A DNA stretch of 63,962 nt, counting the filler, from Octopus bimaculoides (Eukaryota): assembly GCF_001194135.2 (NCBI RefSeq). It is 8 parts of 7 records of this genome, joined end to end, with 100 filler letters (N's around TTAATTAATTAA, not from the genome) between each part and the next. Parts side by side here need not be neighbours in the genome. Positions count along the whole stretch, not along the records: positions 31,283 to 42,976 come from NC_068995.1; positions 43,077 to 48,682 come from NC_068995.1; positions 48,783 to 55,522 come from NC_068996.1; 5 more parts are not named here. One strand, given 5' to 3'. Below the pieces are notes generated by a model. It made no database searches. It had not been told where the DNA came from and saw nothing but the letters and a program-made list of their open reading frames with translations. A program made the position numbers and the translations under genes. Of the stretch, positions 36,180 through 49,880 are shown piece after piece. The first letter of the stretch is position 1, and the number at the start of each line of letters is the position of its first letter.

Positions 36180-37170
36180 CCTTTTGTGGTAGGAGTTCAA
36201 CCCCAAGTAAGGTCAACTTCGCTTTTCATCTGTTCAGGGTCGATAGAATAACGTACTATTTACTGGACCCAGCACTCCTGTTTAAGTTGACCCTTTTTTT
36301 ATATATAACTAACTGTGAATCGTTACTGCACCGGAAAAAATTGCTTTATGGTACTGGCTCCGGATCATTCCATTTTGAGATCAAATTCTGTAGGGGGTAA
36401 TTTACCCCTTTGAACCTTCGAGTATCAATAAAATAACGTGTCAGTCGAGTAGTGGGATAATGGTTCCGATTGCGCCCTTTCCAGCGTATTACTCCTTTTG
36501 TACCTAAAAAAAAAACTAGCATTAAAGGCAGTAGTCTGGTAGAATGGTTAGAACTTCACACAAAATATAAAACGGCATTTGTTCCATTTCTGAGTTCAAT
36601 CCCTAACGTGGTCGACGTTGCATTTCGTCCTTTAGGAGTCGATAAAATAAGTGCAAGTCAAGCACTACTCCAGCTCCCCACAAATTTCCTGCCTTGTGCC
36701 TATAGTAGAAAGGGATAATTAGTATTATGGCGGGGAGCTGGCACAATCGTTTACACGCCGGACAAAATGCTTAGCGGTATTTTGTCCGTCTTACCGTTTT
36801 GAGTCCAAATTCTGAGGAAGTCGACTTAGCCATTCATCTTATTCATGAACACTGGGGTCGATGAATCGACTGCCACCCCACCCCGCCAAAAGTAGAAAAT
36901 TCAGATCGTCTACCAGTAACAGAAAGGATTGTTGCTATCAAGGTGGCGAGCTGGCAGAATCGTTAGCGCGCCGGGCGAAATGTTTAGCGGGTTTTCGTCT
37001 GCCGCTACGTTCTGAGTTCAATTCCGCTGAGGTCGACTTTTTGCATTTCATCCTTTCCGGGCCGATAAATTAAGTACCAGTGAAACACTGGAGTTGGTGT
37101 AATCGACTAGTCCCTTCCCCCAAATTTCAGACCTTGTGCCTATAGTAGAAAGGATTATTATTATTATTAT
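36180..37170 (+). mobile_element. Second cluster of S2 (Nin-like) SINEs; best copy 36942-37170
   Basis: Units at ~36520-36720, 36730-36930 and 36942-37170 with the same head/core/(ATT)n tail, plus fragments at 36180-36460. Confidence 0.8.
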
Positions 37171-37485
37171 CATTCAGTAGTCACATTTTTATCGCGTGCT
37201 TTCTCTACACTGCCGAGCGCAGCTCAGTATGCCTTGGGAATGTGCTGTGGTTTGTTGCGTTGCTCTTATTTTCACTGTATTGAAAGTGTGTCTAGCTGGA
37301 TATGTACTTCTAAGTCCTGGTGTTTTTGTTATGTATTTGTCTGAATGTTGATTTTATTTTATGAAACCTATTGCGCCTACTATGATAGAAATTGTTTCTA
37401 TTTTTAAACTCCACATTCGAATTACCTCTATTTCCAGGTCTTTGTATTTTGAAAGTTTCTCCGTTTCTTTCAGAGAAACATTGTC

Positions 37486-37486
<1 letters not shown>
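37171..37486 (-). mobile_element. R4/Dong LINE 3' fragment (restriction-like endonuclease end plus 3' UTR)
   Basis: DNVSLKETEKLSKYKDLEIEVIRMWSLKIETISIIVGAIG; (ATT)n on both sides. Confidence 0.85.
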
Positions 37487-37522
<36 letters not shown>

Positions 37523-37921
37523 GTTGTTGTTGTTGTTGTTTTTATTATTATTTTCAATGGCTATGTTACGTGCGTCGAATGTTTGTCATCTGGATAAGTC
37601 GCTTTCATTACATATTCATAGGAAATAAACTTCAAACCTGTGTCACAGTACCACGCAGATCTTCACCTAATATCCATAAGGAGAATAGTGCAAGGAGTGT
37701 AAGGGGGTGGAAGGGTATTGAAATTTACACCTATTTTCTGTTAGAATATGAAACAAAGATGGCGAGTGTGAAATGTCAGCTCTTTCAAAAGGATATTTCA
37801 CCTGCAAAGAAGAGGCACATAAAGGCGAACGCGTTCACAGTTATGCATATGCAACATGGCACACACAGATATATGTAACAACACAAACAGATATATGTAA
37901 CAACACACGCACACGCACGTG

Positions 37922-37956
<35 letters not shown>

Positions 37957-37959
37957 ATG

Positions 37960-37994
<35 letters not shown>

Positions 37995-38222
37995 GTATGC
38001 GTATATAATCGGGTGAACGTGTAAATGAATGGTGGCCGAGTCACAGAGGTTAATCAATTCTGTCAGATGGCCCATTAAACTTTGTTGCACTAAATTGGTG
38101 TTTATATCAGCTATTATATGCCTGTGTGGGGGAGTGTGCGTGCGTGCGTGCGTGCATGTATGTGTGAAATTATGCATGAGTATATATATATATGCGTGTG
38201 TGTACATATGTATGTAAGTTTG

Positions 38223-38305
<83 letters not shown>

Positions 38306-39051
38306 TTAATACGATGAATTATGTATACAATATTGCCGTATGGGCTGTCCCATGAAATTGCTGATAGCTTGTGTGAGTATATACATATGCGTGCGTGCGT
38401 GCGTGTGTGTGTATTATCGTATCTATTATTGTATAATCGCTAGAAATTTGATTCCTTTCCACCAATATTGATCCTTCTTGTTAATCTCCTTTATACGGAA
38501 ATGTATTTTCTGAATGCCAGTAAAATACTTATGTGTATATAATTACTCTATACACATGTGATATCTTTATCCATATACTTAAATGTGAACATAGCCTTTT
38601 ACACAAGCACACTCAAGTAAACCCATAGCCTCCTCAGCTATTATGATGGTACTCTGTAAGACATAGATCCCTCTAGGTTAAACGCTTTTCTCTTTATCTT
38701 TCCAAATAGTTTTCTGCAATTATTTGATCTTTTAAATCTCTTATTTGATTTTTCCTTTATTTCTTTCTTTTCGCACTACCCTTCGTTTTCTTAATTCTTT
38801 TAAGATGACGGACTAACGTCCGAAACGTTAGATATGCGTCTTTTGGTCTTTTCCTTTTCAGCGTTAAACTAGTACTTTTAAAAGCGTACTGTGTTCTTTC
38901 TGCATTGTTTTATAACTTTTCTTACAGCATATTGACAATACATACACACGCGCGTGCGCACATACGCATACAGATACACACACATATATATAGTTTCATA
39001 AATGTTCATTAAACGTTTACAAGGAAAATGTTCACAGTCACTATACACAAA

Positions 39052-39087
<36 letters not shown>

Positions 39088-39736
39088 AATACATATATGC
39101 CCGAGTGTATATATGTATGTATATATATATGTATTTGTGTGTGTATATGTATATATATATATATATATACATATGTATATATCTATATATATATATGTAC
39201 ATATGTATGTATTTATATACATATATATATATATATACACATACACATCTATACATAATATAACGTGTGTGTGTGTGTGTTTGATTGTTTGTCTCTGTGT
39301 GTGTATTCGAAAACTCTTCACTTAGATTTCATTCAGTAGGATCGAACCTGAGCTTCTCACTTATTCGAACATACTGTGTCGACTTCAATCCATAAACAAT
39401 AAGATAATGGTAATATTTATTGAGGATTCCATTACAGTCGCCGTTCTCTCGATCCTTATTATTCAGTTATCAACATTTAGACAGCTTGCTGTGCACTATA
39501 TAAAATACGTGTACTGCATACTATAAAGTGGCTGCGGTACACTCTATAGAGTAAATGTGAGACACCGTACAGAGTATTAGTGGTCTACCTCATAAATTGG
39601 TGATGCTGTAGTCTCTAAAACTGGTGCAGTGTACTATCTAAAGTATGTGTAGTGTAGCCCCTATAGATGTTTCGGCGTATACCCTATAGATGATTCGATG
39701 TATCCTATAAATGGTTCGATTGGGTGTGACATAGCT

Positions 39737-39962
39737 TTTTTACTCTTTTATTCTTTTACTTGTTTCAGTCATTTGACGGCGGCCATGCTGGAGCACCGCC
39801 TTTAGTCGAGCAAATCGACTCCCAGGACTTATTCTTTGTAAGCCTAGTACTTATACTATCGGTGTCTTTTGCCGAACCGCAAGGTTACGGGGACGTAAAC
39901 ACACAAGTATCGGTTGTCAAGTGATGTTGGAGGGACAAACACAGACACACAAATACACACAG

Positions 39963-39999
<37 letters not shown>

Positions 40000-40165
40000 T
40001 ATATACGACGGGTTTCTTTCAGTTTCCGTCTACCAAATCCATTCACAAGGCTTTGATCGGCCCGAGGCTATAGTGGAAGACACTTGCCCAAAGTGCTACG
40101 CAGTGGGACTGTACCCGGAACCATGTGGTTGATAAGCAAGTTACTAAACACACAGCCACTCCTGC
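39737..40165 (-). mobile_element. Full-length SINE family S1
   Basis: Same head, microsatellite slot and 3' body as 20823-21335; lies within a degenerate CTATAGA/GTGACATAGC minisatellite present on both sides. Confidence 0.85.
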
Positions 40166-41039
40166 TCCTTAATTTAACTGTAATGTACCCTATGCATTGG
40201 TTGTGACATGACTTATAATGTATTTGTAATGTACCCTGTAGACTAGGGGTGACATAGCCCATAAAGTAGGCGTAATATAATCTATAGAGCTACGACAGCA
40301 ACCTCGCAGAATCGTTAGCACTTGGTGCCAAATGCTTAGAAGCAATTCGCCCGTCTTTACGTTCAGATTTCAAATGTCACCGAGGATGACTTTGCCCTTC
40401 ATCTTTTCTGGGTCGATACAATTAGTACCAGTTGAACACTGGAATCGATGCAATCGAATTTACTCTTAAAATTTCTGGCATTGTGCCAAAATTTAAAACC
40501 AATATACTCTAGTCTGCCCTGTAGATGCTGATTGCGTGGTTGGAGAGTAGTTGTAATGTAACCAGGGACCACGCTGTAGAATTGAACTCAAAACCACATG
40601 GTTGCTAAGCGAATGTTTTAGCCTCACATCTATGCACCCACCTGTATGTTGAGTATTTCTGTTGAAATGTTCGTCTGTATCGATTTTGTGATTACAAGTA
40701 TTGTAAGCGCAGCATTTAATGGATGGATTAAATGCCTAAAATGTGCTTAGTTTTTACGTACGTATGTCACAAACACACACACATGTATATATAAACACAT
40801 ACATATACATACATGTATGTATATGTGTGTGTGTGTAGCGTTTTGCGTCTATAGGCTTTAGCTATTGCTTTTATGGATAGGATGTACACATATACACGTA
40901 TATGTATGTGTGTGTGTGTGTGTAAGTGTATATGCTTCATATCTGTTGATTTCTGTGTGTGTGTAGATATTATGCGTGTCAGATTTACGTGATAGTTTCA
41001 CCTAAAATAGGTTTTAATTGAGAGTTGTGGTTCTATGTA

Positions 41040-41650
41040 TATCGATGTGAAAGTTTTGTAGATTTTATATGTATAGGCTTTATGTGTAGGTTCTATATGT
41101 GTGTAGGTCTTACGCGTGCGTAGCTTTTATCTGTGAAGGTTTAATATGCACTCGAGTTGGATTTAAATACGTAAATTTTATGTCTGTAGTTTTATATTTG
41201 CATAGATTTTTATGTGTACGTTTAGGTTTTACGCGTTTGTAGAGTTTTTTTATATGTGTACGTTTTATTTGAGTAGGTTTTATGTGTGTGAGATTTATAC
41301 TTGTGTAGATTCTTATGCAAGTTTTATGTAGACCTATTTCTGTGTAGGTTTTATGTGTGTAGGTTTAATATGTGTAGGTTTTATGTGTATAGACTTTACG
41401 TTTGTAGGTTTTATATGTGTATAGACTTTACATCTGTAGTTTTCTATTTGTGTATATTTTATACGCGTTTAGGGCTGACGTGTAAGTAGATTTTAACTGT
41501 GTAGGTTTTATGAGCCAAGGTTTATATGTGTGCAGGTTTTTTGTATGTAGGGTTTAAGCATGTGTGAAGTCTATGTTTGTGTAGAGTTTATGGCCACAGG
41601 TTTTCTACGTGTGTAGTTTTTAATGTGTATAGGTTTTATATTTGTAGCTT
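41040..41650. repeat. Degenerate ~16-18 bp minisatellite (TGTGTAGGTTTTATATG-like)
   Basis: Many imperfect GTAGGTTTTATGTGT units in tandem. Confidence 0.8.
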
Positions 41651-42289
41651 TACATGTATATATATCAAATATTAGTTGCTTTTGCGTGCAAAGTTTTAAG
41701 TGTCAAGTTTTGTCTGTCGTTTGTGTGGTTTGTTATTGTAATTTTCTTTGGAGGTTTTATTTATTATTTTGTTTGTATTCTTTCTTTTTTCTACAACATT
41801 TAAATTATTTATTTGTTTACATATTACTGTTTCTCACCCTCCTGTCTCTCGCCCCCCCTCTCTCTCTCTCTCTCTGTGGTTATGTCTCAGTCCGTCTGTC
41901 TGTTTGTCTCTTTCTCCTTTCTGTTCTGCTCTATCTTTCAGTACGTTTTTCGTGTCTGTCTTCTGTTTTTTCCTTCTGTTTCTTTCGTTTGCTGAGGTGT
42001 AAGAGTGATGAGTAGGGGGGGGGGGGAGGCGGACGAAAGCAACATCAAAAACAGCAAGAACCAAAAGAAGTGTAGCAATATCAACGACTATAGCGAAAAG
42101 TAACAACAACAACAACAACAAACAAATAAACAAACATATTCAGAAAAATAGCAAGAGCAACAGTGAAAAGCAACAGCGAAAACGCATCAAAACAACAACA
42201 CTACTTGCCAACAATAAAAAACAAAAACAAACATGTACAACCAAGTATAAAAAAACAGAAACAAAAAAAAATAGTTACAGTAAATAGTT

Positions 42290-42480
42290 ACAGTAACAGT
42301 AACAACAATTACTACTACTATTACTACTACTACCACTACCACTTCTATTACTACTGTTACTACTACTACTACTACTACTACTTCTACTACCACTACTACT
42401 AATACTATTACTACTAATAATAATAATACTATTACTACTATTACTACTACTACCACTACTACTACTACTATTACTATTGT

Positions 42481-42512
<32 letters not shown>

Positions 42513-42545
42513 TTTCTACTACTTCTCCTCCTACTACTATTACTA
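42290..42545. repeat. (TAC)n/(TAA)n trinucleotide array
   Basis: Direct reading. Confidence 0.95.
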
Positions 42546-42931
42546 CAATATAACAGACAATAACAAGGAAAAGAGAGGGAAAATGTCGGCTAGAAAAATA
42601 TTTGCAACAGTACCTACGACAACAAAAACGTCAATAACAACACGGACAACAAGAAAGTGACACCAACAATAACAACAACATAAACAATATCATATGATCG
42701 AATTATTTGCATGCCGCCATATTCTTTTGACATGGAATCATGTTATATCTTGTTGCTCTTGTCAGTGGTATTTTTATCATAAATGATGTTAGGCATACAT
42801 ACTAGTACGCACGCACACACATACACACACACACACATACAAGCACACACACATACAGATACACATACACGCATACCTATACGTATATGCAATTATGAAT
42901 GCATGCATCAATAGAAACATTGAAATACACA

Positions 42932-42976
<45 letters not shown>

Positions 42977-43076
42977 NNNNNNNNNNNNNNNNNNNNNNNN
43001 NNNNNNNNNNNNNNNNNNNNTTAATTAATTAANNNNNNNNNNNNNNNNNNNNNNNNNNNNNNNNNNNNNNNNNNNN

Positions 43077-43430
43077 ATAATTATCATCATCATAATTATC
43101 ATTATCATCGTTATCATTATCATCATCATAATTATCATCATTATCATCATTATCATTATCATCATTATCATTATCATCATTATAAGTATCATTATTATCA
43201 TTATCATAATTATCATTATCATCATTATAATTATCATCATTATCATAATTATCATTATCATAATTATCATTATCATCATTATAATTATCATCATTATCAT
43301 TATCATCATTATCATTATCATCATTATCATTATCATCATTATCATCATTATCATTATCATCATCATTATCATTATCATCATTATCATTATCATCATTATC
43401 ATCATTATCATTATCATCACTATCACTACT
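43077..43430. repeat. (ATC/ATT)n compound array
   Basis: Direct reading; source of the spurious Asp/Asn and Met/Ile ORFs in the track. Confidence 0.95.
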
Positions 43431-43891
43431 GTCACCACTACCACTATCATCGCTACTACTGCCTGTACCTCTGTCATTACCATATCCACTAACATACATA
43501 GTGCTGCTTCTGCCATCACTACTACTGCTGCTACTACTACAACTACTACTACTACTACTACCACCACCACCACCATCACCACTATTCCCACTACCATAAC
43601 CATCATGTCCATCATGACCACCACTACTATCTGGATTCCCACCTTCTCTTGCACAAGCAGCACTACCATCCCTAGCCTTTGGGGTATCACGCACCACCAC
43701 AAACATCATCAGCATGACAACTATGAAAGCCAGTACCACCACCACCACCACCACTACAACCACCTTCACTACCACTGCCATTACCGTCGTAGGCCATCTT
43801 CTCAACTGTTAATCTGTCACTATCTCCATCATGTAGATTTTGTTGTCTTTGTATGTTTTGTTAAGAGCTACTTTCTGCTTTATATTTCCAG

Positions 43892-43990
43892 AGTGATATT
43901 GGTCGGACGCTTCTGCTACGCCTTAACTGACCTTTGCCCTCATTTGTACAACTGCATCACAGCTGTTGAAAACTCAGAGAAAGAAATAAA
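43892..43990 (+). CDS. COG1: COG1-like internal exon (phase 2/2, 99 bp)
   Basis: CTTTCTGCTTTATATTTCCAG acceptor, GTATGT donor; (R)VILVGRFCYALTDLCPHLYNCI resembles human COG1 SVLFMARLCQSLGELCPHLKQCI as I recall it. Confidence 0.75.
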
Positions 43991-44228
43991 GTATGTAGTC
44001 TTAGTAGTGGTAATGGTAGTGTTATTTTTGTATAAATGTCTTGCTTTTATTGTATTGAATTTATTGTGGGGCATAGGTGTGTGGTTGAGATGTTTGCTTG
44101 CCTACCACATTGGTTTGAGTTCAATCTCTCTGTGTAGCATTTGGGCAAGTGTCTTCTGCTATAACCTAGGGTTGACCAAAGTCTTGTGAGTGGATTAGGT
44201 AGATGAAAACTGAAAGAGGCCCATTGGG

Positions 44229-44321
<93 letters not shown>

Positions 44322-44689
44322 TCATCATCNNNNNNNNNNNNNNNNNNNNNNNNNNNNNNNNNNNNNNNNNNNNNNNNNNNNNNNNNNNNNNNNNNNNNNN
44401 NNNNNNNNNNNNNNNNNNNNNNNNNNNNNNNNNNNNNNNNNNNNNNNNNNNNNNNNNNNNNNNNNNNNNNNNNNNNNNNNNNNNNNNNNNNNNNNNNNNN
44501 NNNNNNNNNNNNNNNNNNNNNNNNNNNNNNNNNNNNNNNNNNNNNNNNNNNNNNNNNNNNNNNNNNNNNNNNNNNNNNNNNNNNNNNNNNNNNNNNNNNN
44601 NNNNNNNNNNNNNNNNNNNNNNNNNNNNNNNNNNNNNNNNNNNNNNNNNNNTATATATCTGTAAAAATATGTGATACTTATTCGGTAGC

Positions 44690-44995
44690 CATGATAAAAT
44701 TCTGAGTTTCGGATGCCGGGTGGGAACCCACGCCAACATCTCTTCAGTTATCCGGCCATTGAAAATTCCTGTGACAAATGACTGTTAAGCAAAGGGAAAT
44801 AACAATGTGGTTGACCATTATTAAGACAAAAGAGCTATAGACACCTAAGTAAGTGGAGGGGGTAAAAGTAAGGGAGTAAAAAAGTCTATAGTGTTCTCGT
44901 AAGCGCACCAATCCATATATGTATATACTAAACCACCCTCGCTTGAAACACACACATGCTCACCCATATACTCGCCAAAAACTATATATATATGT
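44690..44995 (-). mobile_element. Penelope pLTR-like repeat with hammerhead-like motif
   Basis: Homologous to 11075-11336; the minus strand of 44693-44752 reads GATAA CTGAAGA GATGTTGG...CCGGCATC C GAAAC TCA GAAT T TTATC. Confidence 0.7.
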
Positions 44996-47829
44996 ACATA
45001 TACATATATATATACCCGCATACACACCCCTACACACACGCACTCAACAACCTCGCACCCATACACGCACGCAAAAAAAAATTATAGGGCTAAAGCAAAA
45101 TACAGAAGAAAGTGTGAGAAAGCTATAAGGTTAAAGCGCGTCCAATATGCGCATATTTTCACATGCATGCACATACATCTACACATGCATGTACCCGAAC
45201 ACCTGCACACATTCACAAGCATGCACATAAGGTTCCGTGTACGTGTCTATAGATGCACAGGAAAAAAGCAGGGTGGAGGGGAGAAAACAGGAAAAAATAT
45301 GTGTGTCAAGCAGTGATGGGGCACAAACACAGATACAAAGACACACACACATAGATATGCATATATACAGACAGATATGACAGGCTTCTTTCAATTTCCG
45401 TCTACCAAATCCACTCACAAGGCTTTGGTTGGCCCAAAGCCAAGGTAGAAGACACTTGCACAAGGTGACACACAGTGAGACTGAACCCAGAACAATGTGG
45501 TTGGGAAGCAAACTTCTTACCACACAGCCACACCAGCGCCTATCTGAATGCAAAAGGTTTCAAGGTTCTTTATTTTTCTTAGCACATATGTTCCCCACTT
45601 CCCAGGTTCTTAATTTGTCCCTGCTATAAATAAAAGTTTCCTCACTCTTGACTGAAGCAGACTTACAGTGCTGAAATTCACTAACAGAATATGAACTCCT
45701 GACCAAAAAGCCTTGTAAGTGGTAACTTACCTACTTAGCCTAGCTATTGGCAGCTCTAAATAAATTTAAGGTTTTCATTATTTTGTCTGGGGGAAGAGGT
45801 TAAATCTTTGTTTTGTCTGGCTGCTTTCTCAACATTCAGTAGATTACATTTAATTGTAACACTCTTGTGATCATTGCTGATTCGCACTTCTAGCCTGCTG
45901 TGAAGATTATATTGATTGTCGACTGTCTTTGAGAATTGCTTTACCATGCACTTTGACCTAATTGATTCTTCTCTGATATGACATCTTGTGGCACTTCTTT
46001 GACTCTTTATTTGAAAGCATTTCTTTTATTGATAAAGTTTTACTTATTTACAGAATAAATTTCTCTTTCACCTTCACTCTGTCAGCTATCCATGCAGAAA
46101 GCTGTAAATGCTATTGAACATTCTTAACCTTGAAGATTCGGAATTAGATTTTCTGACGTATACCTGATAATGTCACCACTTTCTACTTTTATATATACTG
46201 TTTAATTTCAAATGGAATCTGTTATAAGTTTACTTGCCTTCTCTCTCTGTTTGACTTTCTTTCTATTGCTTCAACTAAATTGAACGGCTGAATGAAGGTC
46301 TTGTGTAGTCTACCAGAGTCGGGTAGGGGAGAATAAATTAATGGTATGCACTTCGAAAAGAATGTGTTTAACAGTTAAAATTGCTGTTGTTGTTGTGCTG
46401 GCTTTAATGAAGCACCCTGCCCCCCCCCCATCTATTCAAACAAGAAAGATTTAAAGTATAATATCTTTTCAAATACGATGATGATAACCTTTAACCAGTG
46501 CCTTGATATTGATCTCTTCATTGGGACTTTCCAGCAAGATTTAGCTTGTAAATAAGATTAAACATCATTAGGGCCAATTTGAGAGAGAAAAGAGAAACAG
46601 ACCGACTCACAAAGCCATGTTATCTATCATTTTCCAACTGACTGGAGAGCCTGGCTTTCTTTACTTTCTCAAATTGTTATATGGAATTATTTTTTACATT
46701 TACATTCTTTACTTGTTTCAGTCATTGGACTGCGGCCATGCTAGGGTACTGCTTTGAGGAATTTAGTTGATTGCATTGGACCCAGTACTTAGTTTTAATT
46801 TTGCTACTCATTTAAGTCGTTTCTATTTGTTGCACCACTAAGCTACAGAATATATATACAAACACATTTTTTGTTTCAAATGGTAAAAAGCAGTGACAGA
46901 CACCCTACAAAAGCACACATATACACATGTATGTGTGTATGTTCATATGTATAAATTGCATTCTTCACAATGTCATCATCATCATCATCATCATTTCCAT
47001 GCTGGCATGGGTTTGGACTGTTTGATATGGAGCTGGCTAGCAGAGAGCTGTCCAAACTCCAACTGTCTGTTGTGGCATAGTTTTTATGCGTGGATGCTCT
47101 TCCATCTACCAATTTCATTAACAAGGCATTGCTTGGCTTCAGGCTATAGTAGAAGACAGTTTGCGAAGATGCCATGCAGTGAGACTGAACCCAAGATCAA
47201 GTGGCTGCAAAGCAAACCCCTTAACCACACAACCATACCTTACACCTGATGTCTCCGATCATTTTATTAAAAAAATCTTAACGGTGAATTCAGAATACAT
47301 TGCTTGTGACTTTCTTTCTTTTCTTTGGTTTTTTTAGTTATACAACTTTTCTTCAGTGTTTATATTTATCTTATCCTTCTCTTTAGACTCTTTGGAAAGG
47401 AATCAGTTTTGGTTTTCTGTCTGTCACTTTGCCTTTCTCCTCTCTCTCTCTCTCTCTCTGAACATCTCTGTCTTCTTTCACTATTAAATTCATGTAAATA
47501 CTCATATCAATATCAGCCCAATTTACTTATTTCTCCGAATCAGTGATTTTTCTACAGTTTTATTATGATTCTTCTACTTAATCTCTCACATTGGTAACCT
47601 CAGAGGTCAACTATGTTCCACCTAGAACTCCTTTGTGGCTAAAATTTTGGTCAGTTGCCAGTTTTCACTTGGAACGATCTGTCTCCCCAGAAACTTTAGT
47701 TCACTTTATTTTATTGATGACTTTATGATTTGTATTCTATATGTGTGTGTGCATGTGTGTGTGTGTGTGTGTGTATAGACCTCAAATAAAACCCTCCTCT
47801 GTATCTACCTTTATCTCTTTCTCAAACAG

Positions 47830-47922
47830 GTTACACACATTGAAAAGTAAAGCTACACCAGTTGACAGTGCCTGGGAAAATATCCAGTCCATGTTATCAG
47901 AACGTCACCTGGATTCCTGCCA
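47830..47922 (+). CDS. COG1: COG1-like next exon (phase 2/2, 93 bp)
   Basis: TTTCTCAAACAG acceptor, GTAAGT donor; splices in frame to the previous exon (AA+G=K): KLHTLKSKATPVDSAWENIQSMLSERHLDSC, positionally like COG1 ...KWQEVKEVLLQQS. Confidence 0.65.
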
Positions 47923-48949
47923 GTAAGTAACTGATGTGTTACTGTTATGTTTCTTAATTTCTAACTGTTAGCCTAGTCTACAGTTTTGACGTTAGCCTCT
48001 TCATGTATTACCATAGTCTATAACTTTAGTATTAACCAGTTTCAAAACAATTATCCTGTCATTCAGTTCCCGTCTGTAAGCCTATTTCAGATGAGCGCCT
48101 GTTGTGGAGCCTCCTTAAGGTTTTACTAGAAGCATTAATCTATTCTATAATTTCACTTTCAGAGTGTCTCAACCATTCACCTGTTGTATATCATAGTTTT
48201 CTTCTAAGCCCATTTCAAGTATTAGCATATCTTATAATTTTCCTGTTATTCTATTTGAAACGTCACCTTATTCTATGATTTCATGACCTGATTCTATAGG
48301 TTTCTTTATAAATCTATTTTAAACAATAACCTATAGTTTAGCTTTCTATAACCTTATTTCAAATATTAGCCTTTACTGTTTCTATAATTTCCTTATTAGC
48401 GATTAGGCTGTTTCAAAAATTGACCTGTGTGAATGTCTATATGTGCATATATATATATATATATATAGAAGTGTGTGTATGTGAGTGTATGCACAGGGGC
48501 CATCCGGACTCCCGTTTGCGCCGTGAACAGGGATTAATCTTCTATCTTCGCTCCTTTGCGCCACATGGGCTCAACTCCCCTCCACTCTTCATCTAACCCC
48601 CTCCTCCTGTCTCTCTCCCCCACCCTCCCTCCTACCACCCATCTCTCTCCTCCCCCACCTCCTGCTCCGACTCCTACTTCTTNNNNNNNNNNNNNNNNNN
48701 NNNNNNNNNNNNNNNNNNNNNNNNNNTTAATTAATTAANNNNNNNNNNNNNNNNNNNNNNNNNNNNNNNNNNNNNNNNNNNNACTCTACCGGTTTTTTTT
48801 TGTCGAATCGCTAAGTTTTGAGGACGTAAACACACCAACACCGGTTGCCAAGCAGTGGTGGGAGGCAAACACAGACAGAAAGACACACATGTATATATAC
48901 ATTTATTTTCGTCTAGTACCCATAAACTCAAATTTCAGAACAACAGGAA

Positions 48950-49165
48950 GGCTGGTATGTTTAAGCACGCCGGGCAAAATGCTTAGCGGCATTTCGTCCG
49001 TCTTTACGTTCTTGTGCTTTGGGTTCAAAATCAGACGAGGTCGACTTTGCCTTTCATCCTTTTGAGGTCGATAAATTAAGTACCAGTGAATGACTGGGGT
49101 CAATATAATCGACTAGTCCCCTCCCCCCAAAATTTCAGGCTTTGTGCCTATAGTAGGAAAAATTA
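48950..49165 (+). mobile_element. S2 (Nin-like) SINE
   Basis: TTAAGCACGCCGGGCAAAATGCTTAGCGGCATTTCGTCCG...GTCGACTTTGCCTTTCATCCTTTTGAGGTCGATAAATTAAGTACCAG...TGTGCCTATAGTAG. Confidence 0.85.
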
Positions 49166-49699
49166 TTGGCTTTAACTTTTTTGTGACATGTGTCAAGGTG
49201 TGTTGACCATTTATGAAATACAAATTCTAATTTTTCCGCCCAAGAAGAGAACTCATTAGCAAATAACTGTAGAAATTAAGCAGAAACTAGAACTTAGCCC
49301 TAATTGTCGAACTAATTTGCATAACATGCGTTTGTCGGTGGATAGATGAAATAATTAATAAGCCAGTCTATATTGCAAGCGAATTGTTTTGAGTTCGAAC
49401 TGGTCGATACCTTTTGCGTGAAACTGTTTGGAAGCCATCGTGTATATATGATATGTGCATACGTCTTTTATTGAACGTCGTTGGTGCGGCCGTATTTTTA
49501 CGTGTCTTGTGACAATACGTTCGGTATCTCGGTGATTTCAATATGTGAAAACCATTGGAAATTACCTTACATGGAAAGTAGGTAAGAGTTGGTAATAGGA
49601 AGGGCATCTAGACATAGAAAACCCGTTCTAGTTAAAACACATGCCAGCACAGGAAAAGTGGACGTAAAAGTGTAGTCACTTATGTTGATAATTAAGGAA

Positions 49700-49880
49700 G
49701 ATGAATAAAGAGAATACTGATGGTTGATAATTATTGAATATTAGTCGGACTGGAGGTAACCCCTGGTTGTTTTCCAGGAATTCAGCACCATATTTTAAGA
49801 TATTTTTAATGATATAAATGACAAGGGAGATGGGACGATAGTTTGCGGCATATGTGAACTTATTACCATTTTTCAAAAAT
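49700..49880 (-). mobile_element. CR1-group RT N-terminal fragment
   Basis: KNGNKFTYAANYRPISL...EFLENNQ matches the NYRPISL motif. Confidence 0.65.

Noticed and set aside
37730-37850. Open frames with splice-like signals on both strands and an AAGATGGCG motif
   Set aside because: No family match; signals compatible with chance.
43025-43805. Long Asp/Asn-rich and Met/Ile-rich ORFs
   Set aside because: Translations of (ATC/ATT)n microsatellite running into a spacer.
45756-46260. Possible decayed LINE ORF1 on the minus strand (VKEVPQDVISEK, VRISNDHKSVTI)
   Set aside because: Too degenerate to support a call.
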